Assembly: GCA_900617105.1 (NCBI GenBank)
Contig: UYFQ01000001.1
Span: forward strand, 2,418,001-2,482,000
Length of the DNA: 64,000 nucleotides
DNA from: Hydrurus foetidus
Lineage: Eukaryota
Direction of reading: 5' to 3'
Numbering within the stretch: position 1 is the stretch's first letter; the number at the start of each line of letters is the position of its first letter. Positions 49,767 to 59,914 of the stretch are shown piece by piece. Under the pieces are notes generated by a model that ran no database searches, was not told the origin of the DNA, and worked only from the letters and a program-made list of their open reading frames with translations. Position numbers and translations under genes: made by a program.

Positions 49767-50573
49767 ATGACAAACACACCACTCGATCTACCCGTCGCTG
49801 TCGTCACTGGCGGCGCGCGCGGCATCGGCCTGGCCATTGGGCAATGGTTCTTGAACAACGGCTACCGCATCGCCATGCTTGATATTGACGAAGCCACGCT
49901 GGCGACCACTGCAGCGGCTCTGGCCAGCTCTGAGAACGTGCTGTGCTTGCCGTGCGACGTGTCGAACGAAGGCGACGTGAACGCCGTAATGGCGCAAGTC
50001 AACGCCAAGTTTGGCCGCATCGACGCGCTGGTCAATAACGCCAGTATCGCCGTTTTCAAATCGATTGGCGAAACAACTTTTGCTGAATGGCGCTCGGTGT
50101 TGTCGGTGAATTTGGATGGCTCGTTTTTATGTACGCAGGCCTGCGTGCCGTACATGCTGAAGAACGCGGCCCAGGCGAACGGCACACGCGGGGCAGTGGT
50201 CAACATTGCTTCAATATCCGGCCTGCGCGCCAGCACGCTGCGGGTGGCCTACGGCACCAGCAAGGCCGCCATCATTGCGCTGACCAAGCAGCAAGCCGTT
50301 GAGCTGGGCAATGCAGGCATTCGCTGCAATGTGATTGCGCCTGGCCCTGTCGACACTGAGATGTCAAAGCTGGTGCACAGCGTGGCGATACGCTCGGACT
50401 ACTACGATGCGATTCCGCTGAACCGCTACGGCACTGTCGATGAAATTGCGTCAGTCGCCGGATTTTTGTGCAGCGCTGGCGCCAGCTATGTGAACGGCCA
50501 GGTGCTGGCGGTCGATGGTGGGTTTGATGCGTCGGGTGTGGGCTTGCCGACGCTGCGTAAATCTGCAGTTTAG
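49767..50573 (+). CDS. SDR family oxidoreductase
   Basis: TGGARGIG, NNAS, YGTSK. Confidence 0.93.
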   Translation: MTNTPLDLPVAVVTGGARGIGLAIGQWFLNNGYRIAMLDIDEATLATTAAALASSENVLCLPCDVSNEGDVNAVMAQVNAKFGRIDALVNNASIAVFKSIGETTFAEWRSVLSVNLDGSFLCTQACVPYMLKNAAQANGTRGAVVNIASISGLRASTLRVAYGTSKAAIIALTKQQAVELGNAGIRCNVIAPGPVDTEMSKLVHSVAIRSDYYDAIPLNRYGTVDEIASVAGFLCSAGASYVNGQVLAVDGGFDASGVGLPTLRKSAV

Positions 50574-50580
50574 TTTTTTA

Positions 50581-50629
50581 TGCTACTTTATATATAGCTG
50601 CTAGCGCCCGCACTTATTGGGCTACAGGC
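50581..50629 (+). repeat. Family-1 repeat
   Basis: TGCTACTTTATATATAGCTGCTAGCGCCCGCACTTATTGGGCTACAGGC. Confidence 0.9.
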
Positions 50630-50668
50630 AATTTTTATACTGGAAGTCGCCTAAAAAACCTGAAAATC

Positions 50669-51097
50669 CTATAAATCAACCGTTTGCTTGCCCTTGATGC
50701 GATGCGACCGCCCGCGAAACACGGCAATGCAATCTGCGTTTTGGTTGTACACCATCACGTCATACACGCCGGTGCGGGCTTGCAGGCTCACTTCAATCGC
50801 GCGCGCAGTTAGCACGTCGCCTTCAAAAGCCGGGGCGACAAAATCCACGCTTAAACCCGCAGCCACCGTCAGCTCGTTGTAGGAGTTACAGGCAAACGCA
50901 AAAGCAGAATCGGCCAGCGTGGTGATGACGCCGCCGTGGCACGTGTTGTGGCCGTTTAGCATGTCGGGGCGCACAGTCATATCAATGTGCGCAGCTCCAG
51001 GGCTGATGTGAGTCAGGCGCATGCCGAGCGCACGAGACGCATTGTCTTGGGCCATCATGCCAACGCCAACCGCGTTGGCGATTTCCTGTGCGGTCAT
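50669..51097 (-). CDS. paaI: Phenylacetyl-CoA thioesterase
   Basis: DMLNGHNTCHGG..TLADSAFAFACNS. Confidence 0.92.
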   Translation of the reverse strand: MTAQEIANAVGVGMMAQDNASRALGMRLTHISPGAAHIDMTVRPDMLNGHNTCHGGVITTLADSAFAFACNSYNELTVAAGLSVDFVAPAFEGDVLTARAIEVSLQARTGVYDVMVYNQNADCIAVFRGRSHRIKGKQTVDL

Positions 51098-52413
51098 GCT
51101 GCACCCCGCTTGTCGATCACGCGGCGCGACTTGCCGGTTTGCGTGCGCTCAATGGCGCCGGGCTGCAACACGCTGACTTTGGCGCTGATGCCGATGAGGT
51201 TTTTTATACGCGATTCCAACGCGGCCTTGATGCTGCTAATGTCACTTGGCAGCAGGTGAGCAGCGGAATTTTGCAACTCAGTTAGCACTTCCACTTCATC
51301 AAGATGCCCGCTTCGCGTGACGAGTACCTGATACAAAGCCGTCAGCTCCGGGTGGGCCAGCACCAACTCTTCAATTTGCGTGGGGAAAACGTTCACGCCG
51401 CGAATGATCAGCATGTCGTCAGACCGGCCAACGATTTTGCCCATGCGCCTGAAGGCGCGCGCGGTCGGCGGCAAGAGCCGCGTCAAATCCCGAGTGCGGT
51501 AGCGAATGATCGGAAAAGCCTCTTTAGTAAGCGACGTAAACACCAGCTCGCCCTCTTCTCCATCGGCCACCAGCTCGCCCGTATCGGGGTTGATGATTTC
51601 TGGGTAAAAGTGGTCTTCCCAAATCACCGGGCCGTCTTTGGATTCAATGCATTCGCTTGCCACGCCGGGGCCCATCACTTCAGACAGGCCATAAATGTCT
51701 ACCGCGTCCATATGGGCGGCAGCTTCAATGTCGCGCCGCATGGCGTTAGTCCACGGCTCTGCGCCGAAAATGCCGATTTCCAACGACGACTTTTTAACGT
51801 CCAGCCCCAGCCGCGCATATTCTTCAATGATCACCTGCATGTAAGACGGCGTGACCATGATGATGCGCGGCCTGAAGTCTTCGATCAGCTGCACCTGCTT
51901 TTCAGTTTGCCCGCCCGACATGGGGATGACGGTGCAGCCCAGGCGCTCGGCACCGTAGTGCGCGCCCAGCCCGCCCGTGAACAACCCGTAGCCGTACGAG
52001 ATATGCACCATGTCGCCCGCACGCCCACCGGCTGCGCGAATGGAGCGCGCGACCAGGTCAGCCCAGTTGCTGATGTCATTGGCGGTGTAACCCACTACCG
52101 TCGGTTTTCCCGTGGTGCCCGACGAAGCATGGATGCGCATGACTTGCGATGACGGCACGGCGAACATGCCAAACGGGTAGTTGGCGCGCAGGTCTTTTTT
52201 TGTCGTAAAGGGGAACTTGGCTAAGTCACTGAGCGCATTGAAGTCACTTGGGTGAACGCCTGCTGCATCAAACGCTTGGCGGTAATGTGCGACGTTTTGG
52301 TAGACGTTGTCTAACGTGGCCTTGAGGCGCTTGACTTGCAGTGCGGTAATTTCGTCACGGCTGGCTCTTTCAATGGGGTCAAGCAAGTCGGTAGGGGTGG
52401 TGTGTACAGGCAT
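51094..52413 (-). CDS. paaK: Phenylacetate-CoA ligase
   Basis: HASSGTTGKPTVVGYT, YGLFTGGLG, YGLSEVMGPG. Confidence 0.95.
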   Translation of the reverse strand: MPVHTTPTDLLDPIERASRDEITALQVKRLKATLDNVYQNVAHYRQAFDAAGVHPSDFNALSDLAKFPFTTKKDLRANYPFGMFAVPSSQVMRIHASSGTTGKPTVVGYTANDISNWADLVARSIRAAGGRAGDMVHISYGYGLFTGGLGAHYGAERLGCTVIPMSGGQTEKQVQLIEDFRPRIIMVTPSYMQVIIEEYARLGLDVKKSSLEIGIFGAEPWTNAMRRDIEAAAHMDAVDIYGLSEVMGPGVASECIESKDGPVIWEDHFYPEIINPDTGELVADGEEGELVFTSLTKEAFPIIRYRTRDLTRLLPPTARAFRRMGKIVGRSDDMLIIRGVNVFPTQIEELVLAHPELTALYQVLVTRSGHLDEVEVLTELQNSAAHLLPSDISSIKAALESRIKNLIGISAKVSVLQPGAIERTQTGKSRRVIDKRGAA

Positions 52414-52428
52414 AGGCGATTGATAAAA

Positions 52429-53232
52429 CTAGCTACCAATAAAAACAGGCGGGCGTTTGGCAATGAAGGCTTGCACGCCCTCGGCATAGTCGAGGCTGTT
52501 GCCCAGCTCGCGCTGCATGTCGCGCTCCAGGTCAAGCTGCGAATCGAGCGTGCTGGTGGCGGCATGGTCGATAGCGTCGCGGGTGCGCAGGTAACCCAGC
52601 GTTGGGCCTGCTGCCAGCGTTTTAGCGATGCTGCCTACTTCAGCTTCAAAGTCAGCGGTGGCAACGCACTTCCAGATCAAGCCCCACTGCGCAGCAAGTT
52701 CGGCACTTAGCTTGTCGCCGAGCATCGCAAGCCCGACCGCCCGCGCGCGGCCGACCAGTTGCGGCAGCAGCCACGTGCCGCCTGCATCGGGCACCAATCC
52801 GAGTTTGCAAAACGGCTGAATAAAACTGGCGGTTTGCACCGCGATAACAATGTCGCAAGCCAGCGCAATGTTGGCACCAGCGCCGGCTGCCACGCCATTG
52901 ACAGCGCACAAAACCGGTTTGGGCATGGCGCGCAAGCGGCGCACCAGCGGGCTGTAGAACGTCTCGACCACGTCGCCAATATCTGCCGGTGCATTTGAAC
53001 CTGGCTTGGGTGACATCGCCGGGTCAGCCAGGTCTTGCCCTGCACAAAACGCGCGGCCTGCGCCGGTGAGCACCACAGCACGAACGGCTTCGTCCTGCGC
53101 TGCCTCGCCGAGGGCGCTGTACAGCTCCAGCATCATCGCGCCCATCAGGCTGTTGAGCTTGTCTGGGCGATTCAGCGTGACGGTGGCTACGCCGCTATCG
53201 ACTTTATAAACAATAAACTGGTAGTCAGGCAT
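52429..53232 (-). CDS. paaG: 1,2-epoxyphenylacetyl-CoA isomerase
   Basis: FCAGQDL, AAGAGANIALACD, LVPDAGGTW; in the paa cluster. Confidence 0.88.
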   Translation of the reverse strand: MPDYQFIVYKVDSGVATVTLNRPDKLNSLMGAMMLELYSALGEAAQDEAVRAVVLTGAGRAFCAGQDLADPAMSPKPGSNAPADIGDVVETFYSPLVRRLRAMPKPVLCAVNGVAAGAGANIALACDIVIAVQTASFIQPFCKLGLVPDAGGTWLLPQLVGRARAVGLAMLGDKLSAELAAQWGLIWKCVATADFEAEVGSIAKTLAAGPTLGYLRTRDAIDHAATSTLDSQLDLERDMQRELGNSLDYAEGVQAFIAKRPPVFIGS

Positions 53233-54313
53233 GAGAATGCTCCTGGTCAAAATCAATCACCAGTTTATTGGACACCGGAAAGCTCTGGCAACACAGCACA
53301 AAACCGCGCGCCAATTCGTAATCCTCCAGGGCAAAGTTATTGTCCATGTCTACCTCACCGCTCAGCACTTGAGCGCGGCAAGTTGAGCACACGCCGCCTT
53401 TGCAGGAGTACGGCATGTCAATACCGGCTTTGAGCCCCGCATCAACCACACTGATGCCGTTTTTGGGCATTGAAAACCTGCGGCGGCTGCCGTCAAGCAC
53501 AACTTCAACTTCGCATAGCTCGTCGCTAGCATCTAGAACTTGAATCGCACGCGGCTTGGCGGCCGAGGGCGTTCCAAACAACTCGGACTTGATGCGCGAC
53601 TTGTCCACACCTTTTTCTTGCAGCGCCTGCGTCACGGCCTGCATCATCTCAATCGGGCCGCAGATAAAAGCCGCGTCGATGCTGGCCGGGTCGACCCACC
53701 GCGTTAACAGCGCGCTGGTTTTTTCAAAGTCGATTCGCCCATTAAACAACTCAATATCTTGCGTTTCGCGGCTCATGACCCACACCAAGTTCAAGCGACA
53801 TAGAAACCTGTCTTTTAAATCTTCCAGCTCTTCTTTGAACATCACGCTGCTGGACGAGCGGTTGCCGTACACCAGCGTGACGCGGGTCAATGGCTCAGCC
53901 AGCAACATGGTTTTAATGATCGACAACATCGGCGTGATGCCGCTGCCCGCTGCAAAGGCCATGATGTGGCGACCGGTTTCAGGCGCTAGCGGAACATAAA
54001 AATGCCCTTGTGGCGGCATCACGTCGACCGTTGTACCGGGCAGTAAATGGCCTGCAGCCCAATTGCTAAAGACGCCACCAGCTATTTTTTTAATAGCTAC
54101 GCGCAAACGCTTGTCTTGTACCGCCGAACAAATCGAATACGAACGCCGCTCTTCTTGCCCATCAATCGTGGCGCGCAATGTCAGGTACTGGCCTTGTATG
54201 TACTCGAATTTTTTTTGTAGACTTTCAGGAACTGCAAAAGTAATGGCTACCGATTCGCGTGTGGTGGCCTCAACGCTGGCCACTGCCAGGGTGTGAAATG
54301 AATGCGTTGCCAA
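53225..54313 (-). CDS. paaE: Phenylacetyl-CoA epoxidase reductase subunit
   Basis: RRSYSIC, AAGSGITP, PYSCKGGVCSTC 2Fe-2S motif; TTG start assumed. Confidence 0.92.
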   Translation of the reverse strand: MATHSFHTLAVASVEATTRESVAITFAVPESLQKKFEYIQGQYLTLRATIDGQEERRSYSICSAVQDKRLRVAIKKIAGGVFSNWAAGHLLPGTTVDVMPPQGHFYVPLAPETGRHIMAFAAGSGITPMLSIIKTMLLAEPLTRVTLVYGNRSSSSVMFKEELEDLKDRFLCRLNLVWVMSRETQDIELFNGRIDFEKTSALLTRWVDPASIDAAFICGPIEMMQAVTQALQEKGVDKSRIKSELFGTPSAAKPRAIQVLDASDELCEVEVVLDGSRRRFSMPKNGISVVDAGLKAGIDMPYSCKGGVCSTCRAQVLSGEVDMDNNFALEDYELARGFVLCCQSFPVSNKLVIDFDQEHSHA

Positions 54314-54341
54314 AATATCAACTTCCCGGTTTTTGCTTTTT

Positions 54342-54869
54342 TCAATGCGGCTTGAAATAGTCAAACGGCTCCAGGCAACTGTTGCACTGGTACAGCGCCT
54401 TGCAGGCGGTTGAGCCGTACTGCGACAGCAAGCGCGTTTTACGCGAATCGCATTGCGGGCAAGGCACCAGCACCTTGCTGGAAAGCAGCGCGCTGATGTC
54501 GATGGCCAAGCTGCCGTCGGCGCTTGGCGCTCTGGCGGCGGGGGGTGCAATGCCGTAAGCGCGCAGGGCGTCGCGGCCCTTCAGCGTCATCCAGTCGGTG
54601 GTCCAGGCGGGTGACAGTTGCGTTCGCACTTCAACGCTGGCGATGCCGCGAACATGCATGGCCTCACGAATCGACTGAGCAATGACTTCTGTAGCTGGGC
54701 AACCCGAATAAGTCGGCGTGACGGTCACGATCAACGATGAATCAACCCACTGCAGGTCCCGCAAAATGCCCAAATCGACAATCGACACCACGGGCACTTC
54801 AGGGTCCATAACCTCACCCAGCCAGCTTAGCAGAGTTTCCCTGCTTGCGTGGTCCACAACGTTCACCAC
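54342..54869 (-). CDS. paaD: Phenylacetyl-CoA epoxidase subunit D
   Basis: DPEVPVVSIVDLG, TPTYSGCPA, CLEPFDYFK. Confidence 0.95.
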   Translation of the reverse strand: MVNVVDHASRETLLSWLGEVMDPEVPVVSIVDLGILRDLQWVDSSLIVTVTPTYSGCPATEVIAQSIREAMHVRGIASVEVRTQLSPAWTTDWMTLKGRDALRAYGIAPPAARAPSADGSLAIDISALLSSKVLVPCPQCDSRKTRLLSQYGSTACKALYQCNSCLEPFDYFKPH

Positions 54870-55612
54870 TGTGCCCCGGGGTGCGTGCGCTGCAGCACCT
54901 GCATGGGTGCCAGCAGATGGCTCAAATGCTCAGTGTGCAGGCCGCGCTTGCCGCCTTTTTGATGGCCAGCGTAGTCGGGCATGGTCAACGTGGCTTTGGT
55001 GAGTACCGTCTGTACGGTGCGGTGCCAATGGTCTACCAGGCTGCTGGCTGCTGGGCACAAGCCAGCTGCCGCACACTGCACGTCAATCGCATCAGACTCA
55101 AACCACTCATGCGCGTACGGCCAGAGTTTGTCGATGGCGCCCTGCATCCGCTCACGGCTGAGCGCTGTGCCGTCGCCGAGCGACACCATCAGGCCAGCAG
55201 AACGCTCAACGTGGTAGCGAGACTCTTTGACTGATTTTTCAGCAATTTCCGCTATGCGCGCGTCAGTTGATTTGCACAAGCCCATCAGCAGCTGCTGATG
55301 CCACACATCAAACAAAAACTGCCGTGCCATCGTGTCGCCGTAGTGGCCGTTGGTTTGCTCCAGGATCAAGAGGTTGCGAAAGTCTTTTGCATCGCGGTGG
55401 TAGGCCAGCGCATCTTCATCGCGCCCCGCGCCTTCCACTTCGCCTGCATAGGACAGCCACAATCGCGCCTGGCCGAGCAGGTCAAGTGCGGTATTGGTCA
55501 GCGCCAAGTCTTCTTCAAGCGCCGGGCCGTGCCCGCACCATGCGGACAGACGCTGAGACAGCACCAGGCAGTTGTCGCCCAACCTCAAGAGGTATTCAAA
55601 CTTTGCAGTCAT
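54863..55612 (-). CDS. paaC: Phenylacetyl-CoA epoxidase subunit C
   Basis: LGDNCLVLSQRL..WCGHGP.LEED, KESRYH. Confidence 0.95.
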   Translation of the reverse strand: MTAKFEYLLRLGDNCLVLSQRLSAWCGHGPALEEDLALTNTALDLLGQARLWLSYAGEVEGAGRDEDALAYHRDAKDFRNLLILEQTNGHYGDTMARQFLFDVWHQQLLMGLCKSTDARIAEIAEKSVKESRYHVERSAGLMVSLGDGTALSRERMQGAIDKLWPYAHEWFESDAIDVQCAAAGLCPAASSLVDHWHRTVQTVLTKATLTMPDYAGHQKGGKRGLHTEHLSHLLAPMQVLQRTHPGAQW

Positions 55613-55637
55613 TGGTTTGCCAAAGAACAGGCCTGCT

Positions 55638-55727
55638 CCCTCGCCCCTTGGGGAGAGGGCTGGGGTGAGGGGGTGTAGCGCGGGGTAAGCGCCCTCACCC
55701 TAGCCCTCTCCCGCCAGCGGGAGAGGG
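55638..55727. repeat. Family-2 inverted doublet (REPIN-like) between paaB and paaC
   Basis: Reverse copy 55638-55671, ~20-bp spacer, forward copy 55692-55727. Confidence 0.9.
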
Positions 55728-55773
55728 AACAAGAAAGCTGCCTTGCTTCATGCACCATGAACAGCCTGCTAGG

Positions 55774-56076
55774 TCAAATATGCTTCACGCCTTCAGGCGT
55801 GGGGAAAAACGTCGGGTGCCTGAACACTTTGCTTTGTGCCGGGTCAAACAGCGCGGCTTTGTCATCTGGGCTGCTGGCCACTACGTCGCTGGCGCGCACC
55901 ACCCAAATGCTCACGCCTTCGTTGCGGCGGGTGTACACGTCGCGGGCGTGTTGCAGCGCGCTTTCACTGTTGGCTGCGTGCAGACTGCCCACGTGCTTGT
56001 GCGCCAAGCCGTGCTGGCTGCGAATGAATACTTCCCACATTGGCCATTCGCGTTGCACAGGAGCTTCCGTCATCAA
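55774..56076 (-). CDS. paaB: Phenylacetyl-CoA epoxidase subunit B
   Basis: [29 protein letters not shown]. Confidence 0.95.
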   Translation of the reverse strand: MMTEAPVQREWPMWEVFIRSQHGLAHKHVGSLHAANSESALQHARDVYTRRNEGVSIWVVRASDVVASSPDDKAALFDPAQSKVFRHPTFFPTPEGVKHI

Positions 56077-56679
56077 GCGGCCTGCTGCAAGTTCTCGGCT
56101 TCTTGCTTGTCAGCATGCGCGGTTAATGCATCACGAAACCAGACACCTTCGTCCCACGCTTTGTTGCGCGCCGCCAAGCGCTCTTCATTGCACGGGCCTT
56201 TGCCTTTGACCACATTGAAAAAATCAACCCAGTCGATCTGCCCGTAGTCGTAATGGCCGCGCTCTTCGTTCCATTTCAAGTCGGGGTCGGGCAATTCAAG
56301 CCCTAGGAACTCGATCTGCGCGACGGTTTGATCGATGAATTTTTGGCGCAATTCGTCATTGCTGTTCAGCTTGATCTTCCACGCCATCGACTGGGCGCTA
56401 TTTACTGATGCTTCATCAGCCGGGCCGTGCATCGCGATTGATGGCCACCACCAGCGATTCAGCGCATCTTGCGCCATGGCTTTTTGCTCAGGCGTGCCGT
56501 TGCATAGGGCAATCATGATGTCAAAGCCCTGGCGCTGGTGAAACGACTCCTCCTTGCACACCCGCACCATGGCGCGCGCATACGGGCCGTAAGAGCAGCG
56601 GCAAATCGGCACCTGGTTCACGATGGCCGAACCATCGACCAGCCAGCCCACGGCGCCAATGTCGGCCCAGGTCAAGGTG

Positions 56680-56714
<35 letters not shown>

Positions 56715-57068
56715 GCTCAGCAGGTCGGCATACAGAGCATCGCGCGTCACGCCCAGTGTTTCTGCCGCGCTGTACAAATACAAGCCGTGGCCGGCTTCGT
56801 CTTGTACCTTGGCCATCAAAATCGCTTTGCGTTTTAGTGTGGGCGCCCGGCCAATCCAGTTCGACTCGGGCAGCATGCCCACGTATTCAGAATGTGCGTG
56901 CTGCGAGATTTGCCGCACCAGCGTTTTGCGGTAGGCGTCAGGCATCCAGTCCTTTGGCTCAACCTTGATGCCGACGTTGATTTTTTCTTGCCAGGCGCGC
57001 TCTTGGGGCGACATTTGCTCTAGCGTTTTAACGCCTTTTGTGCCGGTTTCAACGAGTTGTGCGTACAT
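56073..57068 (-). CDS. paaA: Phenylacetyl-CoA epoxidase subunit A
   Basis: [26 protein letters not shown]. Confidence 0.97.
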
Positions 57069-57103
57069 GCTGATGCCTTGGATGAAGTAATTAAACGTAT
57101 AGT

Positions 57104-57146
57104 AGTGATACACAACGGCTCTTACAACCTGTTTTTATGTATCACT
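57104..57146. promoter_or_regulatory. Probable PaaX operator
   Basis: Perfect AGTGATACA-N25-TGTATCACT between divergent paaA and paaX. Confidence 0.7.
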
Positions 57147-58009
57147 TACCGTTGAAACTGCCAGTCAAGGTCAGCGAGCTGCAACGCGGTTTAACGCTGC
57201 GCGCCAACTCGCTGCTGGTCACGCTGTATGGCGATGCGCTGGCGGGGCGTGACTCGCTCATCAGCCTCGGTAGCCTGATTGAGCTGGCCGGGCTGTTTGG
57301 CCTGTCGTCGCGGCTGGTACGCACCAGCGCGTTTCGCCTGACGGCAGACGGCTGGTTTGATGTGACGCGGGTAGGCAGGCGCAGTTTTTATGGCTTGTCA
57401 GAAGTAGGCAGGCTTCGGGTGGTGCATGCGCAGCGCCGCATTTACGACTTTGCTGCGCTGCCGTGGGATGGCCACTGGACGCTGGCGCTGCTAGACGCGC
57501 ACCTCAAAGCCAGCACGCGCCAGCACTTAAAACGCGAGCTGCTGTGGGCCGGGTTTGGCCAGCTGTCAAGCAACGTGTTTGCACATCCGCATGCAGACCA
57601 CAGCACACTTAAAGACATCATCAACAGTACGCAAACGCACGACCAGTTGGTGGTGCTCAGCGCGCAGAGCATTGACGGCTACGCCGAAAAGCCGCTGGCC
57701 ACCGTGATGCAAGACACCTTCAAGCTTGCTGCGGTGGGGCAGGCGTGGAAAGACTTCATGACGCGCTTTGCGCCGCTGCAAATAGACGCGGCTAGCCTGA
57801 GCCCCGCCGCGTCGTTTTTTAGCCGAACATTGCTGATTCACGAATACCGCAAAGTGCTGCTGCGCGACCCGCAACTGCCAAGCGCGTTGTTGCCCGCAGA
57901 TTGGCCAGGCGGCGTGGCGCGGCAGTTGTGTGAGGCGCTTTACCGCAGCCTGGCCGCTAGCAGCGAGTTGTTTTTAGCTGAACAAGTCAGCACGCTTCAG
58001 CAGCCTTGA
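57137..58009 (+). CDS. paaX: Phenylacetate catabolism repressor
   Basis: SLLVTLYGD, LVRTSAFRL..DGW, LIHEYRK.LLRDPQLP..LLP.DW.G. Confidence 0.93.
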   Translation: MYHLPLKLPVKVSELQRGLTLRANSLLVTLYGDALAGRDSLISLGSLIELAGLFGLSSRLVRTSAFRLTADGWFDVTRVGRRSFYGLSEVGRLRVVHAQRRIYDFAALPWDGHWTLALLDAHLKASTRQHLKRELLWAGFGQLSSNVFAHPHADHSTLKDIINSTQTHDQLVVLSAQSIDGYAEKPLATVMQDTFKLAAVGQAWKDFMTRFAPLQIDAASLSPAASFFSRTLLIHEYRKVLLRDPQLPSALLPADWPGGVARQLCEALYRSLAASSELFLAEQVSTLQQP

Positions 58010-58010
58010 A

Positions 58011-58059
58011 TACTATTATTTAAATAGCTGCAAGCGCCTATATTTATTGGGCCACGGCC
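58011..58059 (+). repeat. Family-1 repeat
   Basis: TACTATTATTTAAATAGCTGCAAGCGCCTATATTTATTGGGCCACGGCC. Confidence 0.85.
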
Positions 58060-58062
58060 GAG

Positions 58063-58827
58063 TTAGACACTAGAAAAGTCTGGTTTACGCTTTTCCATGA
58101 ACGCCGTGAATGCCTCACGGGCAGCGGGCTCCTTTAGCATCCGGCCAAAGCTGGCGCCTTCTTCCACCATGCGCTCCGCAAGTTGCGGTGCATTGCTCTT
58201 TTTCATAAGGCGCTTGGTTTCAATCAATGACGACAACGGCTTGCCTGCCAGCTTGCGTGCCTGCTGCTGCGCCAGCGCGTTGGCTTCGCTGGGCGGCACG
58301 ATGCGGTTGACCAGACCAATTTCAAGCGCAGTTTCAGCTGTAAAAGGCTCACCCAAAAGTAGCGCTTCAGCCGCACGGTGGTAGCCCATCAGCTGCGGCA
58401 CCAGCAGACTTGATGCAGCTTCAGGGCACAGGCCTAAATTAACAAACGGCATCGAAAACGCAGCGTTGTCGCCCGCGTAAACCAAATCGCAATGCAGCAG
58501 CACCGTGGTGCCAATGCCCACCGCCGGGCCGCAGACTGCCGCCACTATCGGCTTGGTGAAGGTGCTTACGGTGCGCAAAAAGCGAAACACGGGCGAGTCT
58601 TGCCCAGCAGGCGGCACGTTCAAAAAATCACTGATGTCGTTGCCCGCTGAAAAAATGCTTTCGTGGCCTTGAAGCACCACGGCACGCACGGCGGCGTCTT
58701 GGGTTGCAGCGTCAAGCGCATCAGACAGCGCGGTGTACATCGCCACGTTGATCGAGTTTTTACGCTCAATGCGGTTGAGCGTGATGGTGCACACGCCCGC
58801 TTCGTTGTTGATCAAAATTTCATTCAT
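58063..58827 (-). CDS. Enoyl-CoA hydratase/isomerase
   Basis: FSAGNDI, AVGIGTT, LGLCPEAASS. Confidence 0.9.
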   Translation of the reverse strand: MNEILINNEAGVCTITLNRIERKNSINVAMYTALSDALDAATQDAAVRAVVLQGHESIFSAGNDISDFLNVPPAGQDSPVFRFLRTVSTFTKPIVAAVCGPAVGIGTTVLLHCDLVYAGDNAAFSMPFVNLGLCPEAASSLLVPQLMGYHRAAEALLLGEPFTAETALEIGLVNRIVPPSEANALAQQQARKLAGKPLSSLIETKRLMKKSNAPQLAERMVEEGASFGRMLKEPAAREAFTAFMEKRKPDFSSV

Positions 58828-59411
58828 TGCAAAGCTTCCTTGATAAAGTCAAATCGGTCCTGGCCCCAGAACATCTGCTGGCCCACAAAAAAAGTTGGCG
58901 CGCCAAACACGCCGCGATCAATGGCATCTTGCGTCACGGCCTTGAGGCGGTCTTTAACATCCGGCGATTGAGTCATGGCCATCATGGCCGCGGGATCAAA
59001 GCCCGCTGCGCCCAGTGCCGCTGCAGCAACAGCCGCATCGTTCATGTTGAGGGAATCTACCCAAATAGCTTTGAACATGGCGTCGACATACGCCATAAAA
59101 CGGGCCGGTTCTTGCATTTGCAAACCGCAAGCGCCACGCATCAACATCAGCGTGTTGATGGGGAAATGCGGGTTGCGGTTGAGCGGCACGCCGTATCGGC
59201 TCGCAAAGCGGTCAAAGTCGTCGAATATGTACGCGCCCTTGGCTGGAATACTGGCGGGCGACTGGTTACCGGTTGCCTGAAACACGCCGCCCAAAAGCAT
59301 CGGCTGGTAAACAGCTTTGGCGCCGCTGGCCTGCTCTAGCTGCGCAATTTGTGTATGGGCCAGGTACGAAGCCAGGCTGCCGAAGTCAAAGAAAAATTCA
59401 AACGTTTTCAT
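58824..59411 (-). CDS. 2-hydroxychromene-2-carboxylate isomerase / GST-kappa family
   Basis: FFFDFGS..SYLA, GVFGAPTF, FWGQDR. Confidence 0.9.
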   Translation of the reverse strand: MKTFEFFFDFGSLASYLAHTQIAQLEQASGAKAVYQPMLLGGVFQATGNQSPASIPAKGAYIFDDFDRFASRYGVPLNRNPHFPINTLMLMRGACGLQMQEPARFMAYVDAMFKAIWVDSLNMNDAAVAAAALGAAGFDPAAMMAMTQSPDVKDRLKAVTQDAIDRGVFGAPTFFVGQQMFWGQDRFDFIKEALQ

Positions 59412-59513
59412 ATCAAGTCTTCAGTGTTTTCAAGTTAGCTCAAAGGATACGTTGAATCAGTTAAAGCAGAGCAACGTGCAGCGTTGCAATGGTGCTGATT
59501 TGACTAGTGAGTG

Positions 59514-59885
59514 TTAGAACTTTTCCATATACGGCCGCAAGTCCAACTCATGCGTCCAGGCATCGCGCGGCTGCTGGTGCAGCATCCAGTATGCATCGGC
59601 AATATGCGCAGGGTTGATGATGCCATCTTGGTCTTTAAGTGCAAAACGCTGCGGGAAATTTTCTTTAATGAAGGCAGTATCAATGGCGCCGTCAATGATG
59701 CTGTGCGCCACATGAATACCCAGCGGGCCCAACTCGCGCGCCATACTTTGCGCCAGCGCCCGCAGCGCATGTTTGGCACCCGCAAATGCCGCAAAATTCG
59801 CGCTGCCCCGAAGCGATGCGGTAGCGCCCGTAGCATCACCCGCACCGATGACCAATGCTACCGGCTTGCGTTCTGCAGATGTCAT
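59514..59885 (-). pseudogene. SDR oxidoreductase with a large in-frame internal deletion
   Basis: N-terminal VIGAGDATG is joined directly to the later GATASLRG..FAGAKHALR motif; only 123 aa. Confidence 0.8.
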
Positions 59886-59914
59886 GTGAGGCTCCAGTGG
59901 CAAATGGTTTAAAA

